A stretch of 64,000 bases of DNA. Origin: Anaeromyxobacter sp. Lineage in GTDB: Bacteria > Myxococcota > Myxococcia > Myxococcales > Anaeromyxobacteraceae. A program made the position numbers and the translations under genes. The notes beneath the pieces are model-generated. The model was not told where the DNA came from, did no database searches, and saw only the letters and a program-made list of their open reading frames with translations. This document shows, piece by piece, positions 35,833 through 45,200 of the stretch; the stretch's first letter is position 1, and every line of letters begins with the position of its first letter. The stretch covers positions 256,001-320,000 of the forward strand of contig JASGJN010000026.1 of the NCBI GenBank assembly GCA_049840735.1, written 5' to 3'.

Positions 35833-36768
35833 ATGCGCGTGGTCTTCCTGCTCATGGCCGTGCTCGGCATGGTCGCGATCTTCGTCGTCGGGCACCGCCT
35901 CTTCGCTCCGCGTCACCCCGCAAAGGCGCCTCCGCCCGCCAAGATCGTCGAGGCGCCCGGCGCGCCGCTGGCTGGCACGGACGTCCCGCTCCCCGCCGAG
36001 CTCGAGGGGTACCGCGCGCAGCTCGAGGCGGCGCTCGCGCCCAGCGCCCGGCTGCAGCCGGGAGGTGAGCCCGTGGCGCGCCTCGGCGGCAAGCCGGGCT
36101 TGCCCGCGGGCGTGGCGTGGCCTCGCTCGCCCAGGGGCGCCATGTCCTTCCTGGGCGCGCTCGACCTGGCGGCGCTGCACCGGGCCGCGCCCGAGGCGGC
36201 GGCGGGCCTGCCCGCCAGCGGGCAGCTCCTCCTCTTCTACGACGCGGAGGAGCAGCGCTGGGGCTTCGAGCCGTCCGACGGCGCCTTCTTCAAGCTCCTG
36301 CACGTCCCCGCAGCCAGCGCAGCGCGGACCGCGCCCAAGGGCGCGGAGACCTTCCCGGAGCGCGTGCTGGGCGCGAAGCCGGTGCGCGTGCTCGGGGACG
36401 ACCCGCTGCCCGGCGCGAAGCTGTCGGACGCCGACGCGGACGCGCTCTACGAACACGCTGCGGCGCTGGCCCCCGAGCCGGACCATCGCGTGGGAGGGCC
36501 GCCGAGCTGGATCCAGGACGACGGAAGGCTGGACGCCGCGATCACCGCGGTGGGCGGCTCCGCGGGATCGCCGAAGCAGGTGGAGGAGGCGCGCCGGACC
36601 CGGTCGCCCGGTCCCGAGTCCGAGTGGCAGCTGCTGTGGCAGCTCGACAGCGACGACGCCGCGGGCTTCATGTGGGGCGACGCGGGCCGCCTCTACGTGC
36701 TGATCCGCACCGCCGATCTCCGCGCCGGCCGCTTCGACCGCGCCTGGCTCGTGCTGCAGTGCTACTGA
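35833..36768 (+). CDS. DUF1963/YwqG-family protein with N-terminal membrane anchor
   Basis: RLGGKP.LP...WP, LP..G.L.LFY, HRVGG.P.WIQ, LLWQLDSD...MWGDAG.LY, VLQCY. Confidence 0.88.
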   Translation: MRVVFLLMAVLGMVAIFVVGHRLFAPRHPAKAPPPAKIVEAPGAPLAGTDVPLPAELEGYRAQLEAALAPSARLQPGGEPVARLGGKPGLPAGVAWPRSPRGAMSFLGALDLAALHRAAPEAAAGLPASGQLLLFYDAEEQRWGFEPSDGAFFKLLHVPAASAARTAPKGAETFPERVLGAKPVRVLGDDPLPGAKLSDADADALYEHAAALAPEPDHRVGGPPSWIQDDGRLDAAITAVGGSAGSPKQVEEARRTRSPGPESEWQLLWQLDSDDAAGFMWGDAGRLYVLIRTADLRAGRFDRAWLVLQCY

Positions 36769-36945
36769 GCCGCGACCCCCGACCTCCGCGCGCCGGACCG
36801 CGGCGTGTACGCGGGCTGGGCCGACCTGGCCACGGCCGCGGCGCCGGGGAGATCGGCGCCATCCCACACCGCCGCCCCTGCGGCTACCCTTCCACGCCCT
36901 CGCTCGCTTGTCCGACGCGCGGACCGCGCGTACGATCGCCGGCAC

Positions 36946-37585
36946 GTGTTCAACTTCCGCCGCAAGCCGCCCACCCGCGCCGAGCTGGTCGCGCGCGCCG
37001 ACAAGGCCCGCGTGCGCGGTCGGCTCAAGTCGGCCGCGGCCGGCTACCGCCAGGCGCTCGACAAGGACGACCCGACGGATCCAGCGGTGCACGTGAAGCT
37101 GGGCCCGGTGCTGGCCAAGCTCAACGACCACGCCGGCTCGGCCAGCTCCTTCCGCACCGCCGCGCAGCGCTTCCTGGACGCCGGCTTCATCGACCGCGCC
37201 GCGGCGGTGCTGACCAACGCCGCGGCGGTCCTGCCGCTGGAGCCGGGCTTCCGCAACGAGCTGGCCAAGCTGGAGCTGAAAGCGCGGGCGCAAGCGCGAC
37301 GCGGTCGAGACGCTGGCCGACGGCGGCATCACCCTGCTGCACGCGAAGCGCGAGGGCGTGGCGGTGGAGATGCTGCAGAAGGCGCTGGAGCTGGATCCCG
37401 ACCACCTCGAGGCCGGCCTGGCCCTGGCCCCGGCGCTGGCCCGCCGCGGCGAGCGCGTGCACGCGCTGCGCATCCTGCGCCGGCTGGAGAAGCAGGCCCT
37501 GGGCAAGCTCAAGCGCCGGGTGCGCTGGGTGACGTTCCGGGTGGATCCGTCGTTCGGGACGTTCTGGCACTGGCTGCGGGCGTGA
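36946..37585 (+). CDS. TPR-like protein (apparent +1 frameshift near 37280)
   Basis: YRQALDKDDPTDPAVHVKLG and LQKALELDPDHLEA helical repeats in two consecutive frames. Confidence 0.75.
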
Positions 37586-37693
37586 GCCCGGCGTGGCGAG
37601 GGGTCCCAGCCCCCCGTCGCTCCCCCTGCGCAGGCGCCACCCCACCCCGCCGGAGCGCGCGGCCGCGCGGCGCGGGGCGTATCCTCTCCGTGG

Positions 37694-38531
37694 ATGCCCC
37701 GCCGGCTCGACGCGAAGGAGCAGGAGCGGCGCGCCGCGCGGCGCGGTCCGCCGGCGCCGGTGGCCGCGCCGGCGGGCGAGGCGCTGGCCATGCTGGCGCG
37801 TCGCGGCCTGCATCCGCTGCTGGCCCGGCCCGACCTGCCCTTCCCGCGCGACCTCGACCCCGCCGCGCTGGACGCCGTCGCCGAGCGGCTGGGCCACTGA
37901 TGGGTTCCGGCTCTTCCTGCGCGGCGCCATCCTGGCCCGCGGCCCCTTCCGGCCGGAGGAGGCCACCCGCTACCTGTCCGCCGAGGACGCCCGCCGCGCC
38001 GGGGAGCAGCTCGTGGCGCTGGGGCTGGCGCGCGCGCTCGACGACGGCCGGCTGGCGCTGCGCCAGCGGGCGCGAAGCTTCGGGAGCACGCTGGAGTGGT
38101 GGGTGGCGCGCGAGCTCTCGCGCCGGCTGGCGGCGGACGTGGCCTGCGGGGTCCGCTCCGGCGCGGCAGGGGTGGGCGGCGACCTGGACGTGGTGGCGGC
38201 GCTGGAGGGCAGGCTGCTCTACCTGGAGCTCAAGTCCGGCCCGCCCAAGCACCTCATGCCCGCCGAGGTGGCCGCCTTCTACCGCCGGCTGCGCGCGCTC
38301 CGCCCGCACCTCAGCATCTTCGCGCTCGACACCGCGCTGCGCCTCGGGGACAAGGTGGTGCCCATGCTGGCCGAGGGCGCCGGCCCCTCGGCGCGGCCGG
38401 AGGCGCTGCGGCGCGACGTCTGGCGCATCGCGCCCGGGCTCTACGCGGCCAGCGCCCGGGGCGAGCTGGTCGAGAACCTGTGCCTGGCGGTCGCCGACGG
38501 GCTGGCCGCCCTGGCGCCGGACCCACCCTGA
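37694..38531 (+). CDS. putative PD-(D/E)xK nuclease-fold protein (apparent +1 frameshift near 37899)
   Basis: GSTLEWWV...GGDLDVV...LYLELKSG. CACTGATGGG minus one G joins both ORFs as LGHYGFRLFL. Confidence 0.65.
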
Positions 38532-38587
38532 GCACGCGCGGCCGAGGTTGACCTTCCCCCGGCCCTTGGCCTACTGATCGCAACAGG

Positions 38588-38630
38588 CCGTTCGCGGTGA
38601 CCCTTCGACAGGCTCAGGGGAACCGCGAAC
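38588..38630. repeat. short-type REP-like element (reverse core nested in an outer stem)
   Basis: CCGTTCGCGGT-GA-CCCTTCGACAGGCTCAGGG-GA-ACCGCGAAC. Confidence 0.7.
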
Positions 38631-38672
38631 AGCCCCGTCCGTCCAGTGCCGCCCCGCAGGAGGTTAGCCGCG

Positions 38673-39881
38673 ATGAGGTCGCTGCTGTCGCTGACGCTGG
38701 TGCTGTCCGCCCTGGCCGCCCGCCCGGCCGCGGCGGCGCCGGAGGTGGTGGTCTGGTGCGCCTTCCGCGCCCAGGAGCGGGCCGCCTTCGAGAAGGTGGT
38801 GGCGAGCTACAACGCCCGCCCCGAGGCCAAGGCCCAGGTGCGCGTGGTGGCGGTCCCGTTCGACGCCTTCTCCGACAAGATCTCGGCGGCGGTGCCGCGC
38901 GGCAAGGGGCCGGACATCTTCATCTACCCGCAGGACCGGCTGGGCGGCTGGGTGGACACCGGCAACACGGTCGAGCCCATCGACTTCTACGTCACCGACG
39001 AGGTGCGGGCCCGCTTCCCGGCGCCGGCGCTGGCGGCGCTCACCTACCGCGGGCAGCTCTGGGGCCTGCCGCTCAACTACAAGGCGCTGGCGCTGATCTA
39101 CAACCGCAAGCTCCTGCCGCAGCCGCCCCGCACCACCGCCGAGCTGGAGGCGCTGGCGCGCAAGCTGACCCGCAAGTCGGCCGGCCGCTACGCCTTCGCC
39201 TTCCCCTACGGCGAGCCCTACTACTACGCGCCGCTCATCAACGGCTTCGAGGGCGGCGTGCTGGACGCCAAGGGGCAGGCCACGCTGGACCTCCCGGGCA
39301 ACGTGAAGGCCTTCGAGCTGCTGATGCGCTGGAAGCGGGCCGGGTGGCTGCCGGAGGAGGCCTCGCCGTCGCTCATCACCTCGCTCATGAACGAAGGGAA
39401 GCTGGCCATGGCCTTCTCGGGACCGTGGATGCTCTCGGAGATCGCGCCGGAGGTGGACGTGGGCGTGGCTCCCTTGCCGTCCCTGAGCGAGCACGGAGGG
39501 AAGCCCATGCGCCCGTGGGTGACGGTGGAGGGCGCCTACGTCTCGGCCGGCTCGGCCAACAAGGAGGCGGCCTTCGACTTCATCTCCTACCTCACCGACC
39601 TGGAGGCGGCCCGGGTGATGGCGCTGCAGGGCCGGGAGTGTCCGGTCAACAGCCAGGTCTGGCAGGACGAGGCGGTGGGCCAGGACCCGGTGCTGAGCGT
39701 CTTCCACCGGCAGGGCGAGGTGGGCGTGCCCATGCCCAACCTGGCGGAGATGACGCTGATGTGGCCGCGCCTGACCAAGGCGGGCGGCGAGATCCTGCGC
39801 GGCACGCGGCCGAAGGACGCGCTGGAGAAGGCGCAGCGCGGCCTGGTGGACGACCTGGCGGCGTTCCACCGGAAGAAGTGA
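38673..39881 (+). CDS. maltose/maltodextrin-type ABC substrate-binding protein
   Basis: Signal peptide; GKGPDIFIYPQDRLGGW, ALIYNRKL, AM.FSGPW, PMPNLAEM (MalE-like). Confidence 0.88.
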   Translation: MRSLLSLTLVLSALAARPAAAAPEVVVWCAFRAQERAAFEKVVASYNARPEAKAQVRVVAVPFDAFSDKISAAVPRGKGPDIFIYPQDRLGGWVDTGNTVEPIDFYVTDEVRARFPAPALAALTYRGQLWGLPLNYKALALIYNRKLLPQPPRTTAELEALARKLTRKSAGRYAFAFPYGEPYYYAPLINGFEGGVLDAKGQATLDLPGNVKAFELLMRWKRAGWLPEEASPSLITSLMNEGKLAMAFSGPWMLSEIAPEVDVGVAPLPSLSEHGGKPMRPWVTVEGAYVSAGSANKEAAFDFISYLTDLEAARVMALQGRECPVNSQVWQDEAVGQDPVLSVFHRQGEVGVPMPNLAEMTLMWPRLTKAGGEILRGTRPKDALEKAQRGLVDDLAAFHRKK

Positions 39882-39887
39882 GGCCCT

Positions 39888-40178
39888 GGCCTTCGACTCC
39901 GCCGTCGCCGTTGGCGACGGCTACGCTCAGGCCGAACGGTGGACCCAACTCTGAGACCTGAGCCCAGGCCGCACCCAAAGCCCCGTTCGTGCTGAGCGTA
40001 GCGAGCCCGCAGGGCTCGCGGAGTCGGAGGCCAGGGACCGGTCTCAGGCAACGCCCCGTTCGTGCTGAGCGTAGCGAGCCCGCAGGGCTCGCGGAGTCGG
40101 AGGCCAGGGACCGGTCTCAGGCAACGCCCCGTTCGTGCTGAGCGTAGCGAGCCCGCAGGGCTCGCGGAGTCGAAGCAC
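39888..40178. repeat. REP cluster: one reverse copy plus three tandem copies at 73-bp period
   Basis: Reverse copy at 39888-39939; forward copies at 39983, 40056 and 40129 with identical linkers. Confidence 0.9.
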
Positions 40179-40183
40179 AGGGC

Positions 40184-42070
40184 CTACCGCTCCACCCGCG
40201 CCTTCCACACGCCCGACCCGCGTCCGCCGTCCTTCAGCGCCAGCCGCCCCTCGACCAGCTCCAGCGAGCTCCCCGCCGACGGCTCGAGCAGCGGCTCCAG
40301 CGCGGCGAGGCCGTGCAGCGCCGCGTCCAGCGTGATCTCGGCCGGGGCCCCGGCGCGCGACACCAGGCCCAGCACGGCGGTCTCTCCCAGGAACCGCCCC
40401 AGCAGGATCCGGTCGTCGTCCACGTGCAGGAAGCGGAGCGCGCCCAGCCGCAGCGCCTCCTCACGGGCGCGCAGCGCCACCAGCGGGCGGTAGAGCCCGG
40501 TGAACTCCGGCCGCCAGCGCCGCTCGCTCCACTCCATGGGCAGCCGGACGCCCTCCATGTCCTCCGGCCACCCGCCCAGCCCGACCTCGTCGCCGTAGTA
40601 GACGCTGGGGCTGCCCGGCAGGAGGAACTGCGCCACGACCAGCCCGCGGTACAGCCCCGGCTCGTGGAGGGCCGGGAAGGTGTGCAGGCGGTACAGGTCG
40701 TGCGAGTCGAGCATGTTCATGGCCAGGTACGGGGCCAGGTGCGGCAGCCGCGCGTAGTAGGCCCGGATCATGGCCACCGTGTCCGCGCCGGAGAGCGGGA
40801 AGTCCGCCACCACTGGCCGCGGCGTGGTGCCGTCCACGTACCGGTCGCGCTCGCCGGCGAAGGCGCGCAGCGGCCGGGCGCAGGCGGCGTAGTTCATGAA
40901 GCCGTCCCACTGGTCGCCGCGCAGGTAGTCGGCCGGGTCCTGCCAGGCCTCGCCCACGATCAGCGCCTCCGGGTTCTCCTCCTTCACCGCCTTCCGCACG
41001 CCGCGGAACACCTCGTGGCCGAGCTGCACCGGGCCGCGCCGCGCGGTCTGGTCGCCCACGTCGAAGCGCCAGCCGTCGATGGCGTAGGGCGCGCGCAGCC
41101 ACTTGCGGACCGCGCTCGCCTTCCCCTCCCAGACGAGCTTCCGCAGCCTCGCCGAGCGGTAGTCGAGCTGGGGCAGGGTGGGCACGTCCCACCAGCCCTG
41201 CAGCCTCCCCTCCGGCGTGCGGTGGTAGAACCCGGCCTCCGGCGCGGCCGGGTCGGCCGCGGCCGCCCTGGCCCAGGGGTGGTCCGAGCCGGTGTGGTTG
41301 ATGGACACGTCCAGCACCACGCGCAGCCCGGCCTGGTGCGCCGCGGCGGTGAGCCGCCGGAGCGCCGGGTCGCCGCCCAGGTGCGGATCGACGTGCAGGT
41401 AGTCGATGCAGTCGTAGCGGTGGATGGTGCGGGCCGCGAAGATGGGGTTCAGGTACAGCGTCCTCACCCCCAGGCCGGCCAGGTAGGGCAGCTTCTTGCG
41501 GATGCCGTCCAGGTCGCCGTTGTAGAAGTCGAGGCAGCGGGCCTCGGCGTAGCTGGGCGGCCGGTCGCCCCAGGCCATCTCGCGGGTGGCCACCCCGTCG
41601 AACACGTACTCGCCGGCCTTCACGCCGTGGCTGCGCCGGGCGCGGTGGAAGCGGTCCGGGAAGATCTGGTAGGTGGAACCCTCGGTGAACCAGAGCGGCG
41701 GCCGCTGATCGGCAAGCACCACGAAGTCGCCGTCGGCCACCGGGTGGAAGCGGCCGGCGCCGGCGCGGTTCACGAAGAAGACGCCGTCGTCGCTGTCGAG
41801 GATGAGCGAGAAGCGCAGCTCGGGCTCGCGCTGGGTCAGCGGCAGCGTCCAGGTGGTGAAGCGTCGCCCGTCCCCGGCGCGGCTGAAGGCGCGGTTGTGG
41901 TACTCGCCGTCGAGCCGGCAGTGGAGCATCGCCTTGCGGATGGGCGCCTCCTTCCAGAGCCGGAAGGAGAGCTCCAGCGGCTCGCCCAGCGCCGGGCAGA
42001 GCGGCTTCACGTAGTCAGGGGCGATGTCGAAGGCGAGGCTGCCGAGCCAGGTGGGGAGGGCTGCGCCCAT
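40184..42070 (-). CDS. GH13 maltodextrin glucosidase / neopullulanase-like enzyme (no signal peptide)
   Basis: YQIFPDRF, GDLDGI, LYLNPIF, HRYD, DVSINH, DGWRFDV, GEAW, LDSHD, YYGDEVG. Confidence 0.93.
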   Translation of the reverse strand: MGAALPTWLGSLAFDIAPDYVKPLCPALGEPLELSFRLWKEAPIRKAMLHCRLDGEYHNRAFSRAGDGRRFTTWTLPLTQREPELRFSLILDSDDGVFFVNRAGAGRFHPVADGDFVVLADQRPPLWFTEGSTYQIFPDRFHRARRSHGVKAGEYVFDGVATREMAWGDRPPSYAEARCLDFYNGDLDGIRKKLPYLAGLGVRTLYLNPIFAARTIHRYDCIDYLHVDPHLGGDPALRRLTAAAHQAGLRVVLDVSINHTGSDHPWARAAAADPAAPEAGFYHRTPEGRLQGWWDVPTLPQLDYRSARLRKLVWEGKASAVRKWLRAPYAIDGWRFDVGDQTARRGPVQLGHEVFRGVRKAVKEENPEALIVGEAWQDPADYLRGDQWDGFMNYAACARPLRAFAGERDRYVDGTTPRPVVADFPLSGADTVAMIRAYYARLPHLAPYLAMNMLDSHDLYRLHTFPALHEPGLYRGLVVAQFLLPGSPSVYYGDEVGLGGWPEDMEGVRLPMEWSERRWRPEFTGLYRPLVALRAREEALRLGALRFLHVDDDRILLGRFLGETAVLGLVSRAGAPAEITLDAALHGLAALEPLLEPSAGSSLELVEGRLALKDGGRGSGVWKARVER

Positions 42071-42104
42071 GCCGTCGCACTCTACAGGAGGAGGCGGCGG
42101 CTGG

Positions 42105-42123
42105 CGTGAACGCGATGTTCACG
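42105..42123. promoter_or_regulatory. candidate operator upstream of the GH13 gene
   Basis: CGTGAAC-GCGAT-GTTCACG perfect 7-bp inverted repeat about 35 bp before the start. Confidence 0.4.
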
Positions 42124-42280
42124 TTCACCATCGGGTAACCCCGGGGGTTCTCCCCCGGCCGGCGGGGCAGGCGGGGAGGGCGGACGCGCGGTCCGGAGGT
42201 GTTCCAGGCCCGGACCCCCGGTCCGGCCGGAGCCCCGCCCGCCCCGGGATTGTCCCAGGGCGAGCGGGGCCAGACCTACA

Positions 42281-45200
42281 TCACAGCACCCTGATGGCGA
42301 TTGGCGTCGCCACGCCGCGCTCGAACACGTTCAGCTGGCCGCAGCGGGCGAAGTGGTTTCCGCTCGACCAGGGGGCGCCCGGCTGCGAGACCGCGGCCTC
42401 GAAGCCGGCCCCGCCGGAGAGGAAGGACTTCACCTCGAACCAGCCGTTCACGGTCTTGGAGCAGTCCATGTCCACGTCCAGCATCCAGTAGTGGGCGCCG
42501 AAGGTGTTCACCGGCGTCACGCCGTAGCCGTCCACCGCCACCGTGCGGAGCGTGCCCCAGGACGACTGCCACACGTTGGTGGTCCAGTCGGCCGGAGAGC
42601 CCTGCGCCGAGCTGCTCTGGCCGGCCTGCGGGCCGTACCAGTCGAGCAGCGTGTCGCCGACCTTGAGCGGCTGGGTGGTGGCGTTGAGCAGGTTGCGGTG
42701 GCGGATGGGGATGGCACAGAGCTGGTTGGCCGCGGTGCAGGTGCGCCCCAGCGCCGTCCGGGCGTAGGCCTCGTCGATGCCGCCGCGGAGCGAGAGGTTC
42801 TGGCCCACCGAGGTGACCGCCTTCACCAGGACGACCGTCCGCGTCCACTGCGCGCCCAGGTCGGTGACCGTGTAGCGCCTGGTCAGCTCGTCGAAGGTGA
42901 TCCGGTACCTGCTCTGCAGGAGGCGGATGTCGGCGCCGTTCTGGTCGGCCACGCCGTCCAGGTCCTGGTCGCCGTAGTTGACGCTCCAGTCGCCGTTGAG
43001 GTCGAACTTGAAGCGCGGATCGGCGTCCGGCCCCTGCGTCACGTCCACCGACCAGAGGTAGTCACCCACCAGCTTCATGGCGGTGCTGCCCCAGGCGTTG
43101 GCCGTGCCACGGAAGTAGAGGCGCGCCAGGCCGTGGCGGAACGGGACCGCGCGCGTCTGGCCGCCGCCCGGGCCGCCCACCTCCGGCCAGTCGGAGCGAC
43201 CCTCGACGCCGCCGGCGAGCGCCTCCTCCCAGTCGTAGAGCTGCCCGCCGGCGCCGACGGCGAACACGTCCAGCTTGCCGTTGCCGTCGATGTCGCCCAG
43301 CGCGGCGGCGCCCATGGAGCCGAACATGCCCATGCGGTGCGGCCAGCCGGGGAGCAGCCGGCCCTGGTAGTCCAGCGCGAAGACATGCGCGCCGCCGGCG
43401 TAGAAGAACGCGCCGGCCGGCGCCGCCGCCACCGGGGCCACGGTCAGGTCGTGGTGGGTCCACTGGCCGAGGCCGAAGAAGGCCTCGAAGGGATAGCCCG
43501 CCACCGCCGTGCCGTCGAGGTGGAAGCCGTAGAGGCCGGTCAGGTCGGCGATGGCCACGTCGGTGACGCCGTCGCCGTCGAGGTCGGTGAAGACGGCCGG
43601 CTCGTGGTTGCGGGGCGGGAGCACGATGGGCCAGCCCGGCAGCTCGGTCCCGTCGGCGCGCAGCATGAACGCGGTCCAGCCGCCGGGGGTGTAGCCCACC
43701 GAGAAGATCTCGGCCTTGCCGTCGTGGTCGGCGTCGATCAGGTGGACCTGGCCGAAGTCGCTCACGCCCTCCGGCGGGGAGATGTCGCGGACGCGCGTGC
43801 CATCGGCCTCGAAGATGGTGAAGGTGTCGTAGCCCCAGGAGGTCTCGGTGGTGCCGGGCCGAGAGGCCACCACCAGCTCGGGCTGGCCGTCACCGTCCAC
43901 GTCGGCGACCCCGTTCGACTTCACGTCGGGGATGGTCGGGCTGACCTGCTGCGGCCAGCCGGCCCGGGTGCGGCCCTGGGCGTCCACCACCGTCAGCTCG
44001 AGCTGGGCGACGGTGCTGGTGACGGCGATCAGCGTCTGGGCGATCTCCGGCTTGCCGTCGCCGTCCAGGTCGGCCGCGATGGCCGGCTCGGTGGCCTGCA
44101 CGTAGAGCGTGCCGGCCGGAACGGTGGGGAGGCGGCCGGCCGGGAAGCCCGGCACGAGCGTGCCGTCGGCGCGGTAGGCGTAGATGGGCGCCTGGCCGGG
44201 CGGGACCACCAGCGAGAGCACCAGCTCCGGCTTCCCGTCGGCGTCGAGGTCGGCCACGGTCACGGGGGTGAGCGCGGGGTAGGGGAGGGCGAGGGGGAAG
44301 CCCGCCACCGCGCTGCCGTCGCCGCGGTAGGCGTGGATGCTGGCCTCTCCGGTGACGACCACGGCGCGCTTGCCGTCGCCGGCCAGATCCACCAGCACCG
44401 GCGAGCGCGCGGCGAACGTGGTGTACATGTCCTCGATGTTCCTGGGCCAGCCGGGCTTCATGGCCGGGTCCACCAGGAAGCGGCTCTGGAACTCGTTGCC
44501 CTGGCCGTTCAGGTCGCGGACGCGCAGGCGGACCACCACCGGGTCGGCGCCGGAGAGCTGGGCGGGGTCGAGCGAGCCCAGCAGCCCGTTCACCACGCGC
44601 GCGGTGCCGGTCTCGAAGGGGGTGAAGACCAGCGTGCCGGTGCCGTGGTCCTGCGCCCAGGCCAGCTCGTACGAGGCGAAGCTGGAGCCGGTGGCGGTCC
44701 CGGTGACGGGGATGGCGGCGCCAGCGCTGGTGGCGCTGAAGCGGGCCGGGCCGGTCAGCAGGGCGGTGGTGTCGGGGATGGACTGGCCGGAGAGGACGTA
44801 CAGGAGGGCCTCGTCGGCGCGGACGGCGCCGGCGCCCGCGTCCTGCCCAGGGAGCGGGCTGGCGGTGTGGCGCAGCACCCAGCGCACCTGCTCGGGCGTC
44901 AGGCCGGGGCGGGCGGAGAGGAGCAGGGCCGCCACGCCGGAGACGTGCGGCGCGGCCATGGAGGTGCCGTCCAGCCGGACGTAGCTCCCGCCCACCACCT
45001 TCTCCGGGTACCAGCCCTGGAAGTGGCCCTGCGCCGCCGCCAGGGAGAGGACGTCGACGCCGGGGGCGCCCACGTCGACCCGGTCGCCGTAGTTGCTGAA
45101 CGAGGCGCGCTGCGCGGCGGCGTCGACGGCGGCCACGCAGAGGCCGCCGGCGGCGCGCGCCGGCGAGAAGACGGTGGCGTCGAAGCCGTAGTTGCCGGCG

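Noticed and set aside
37898..37900. In-frame TGA as selenocysteine or readthrough
   Set aside because: The downstream coding region is in a different frame, so an indel rather than recoding is required.
39983..40178. Regularly spaced repeats resembling a CRISPR array (also 53738-54011 and 61766-61893)
   Set aside because: The spacers are identical, the repeat is the dispersed REP family, and no cas genes are present.
42141..42158. CCGGGGG-TTCT-CCCCCGG hairpin as the terminator of the S8 gene
   Set aside because: No U tract on either side, and such stems are common at this GC content.
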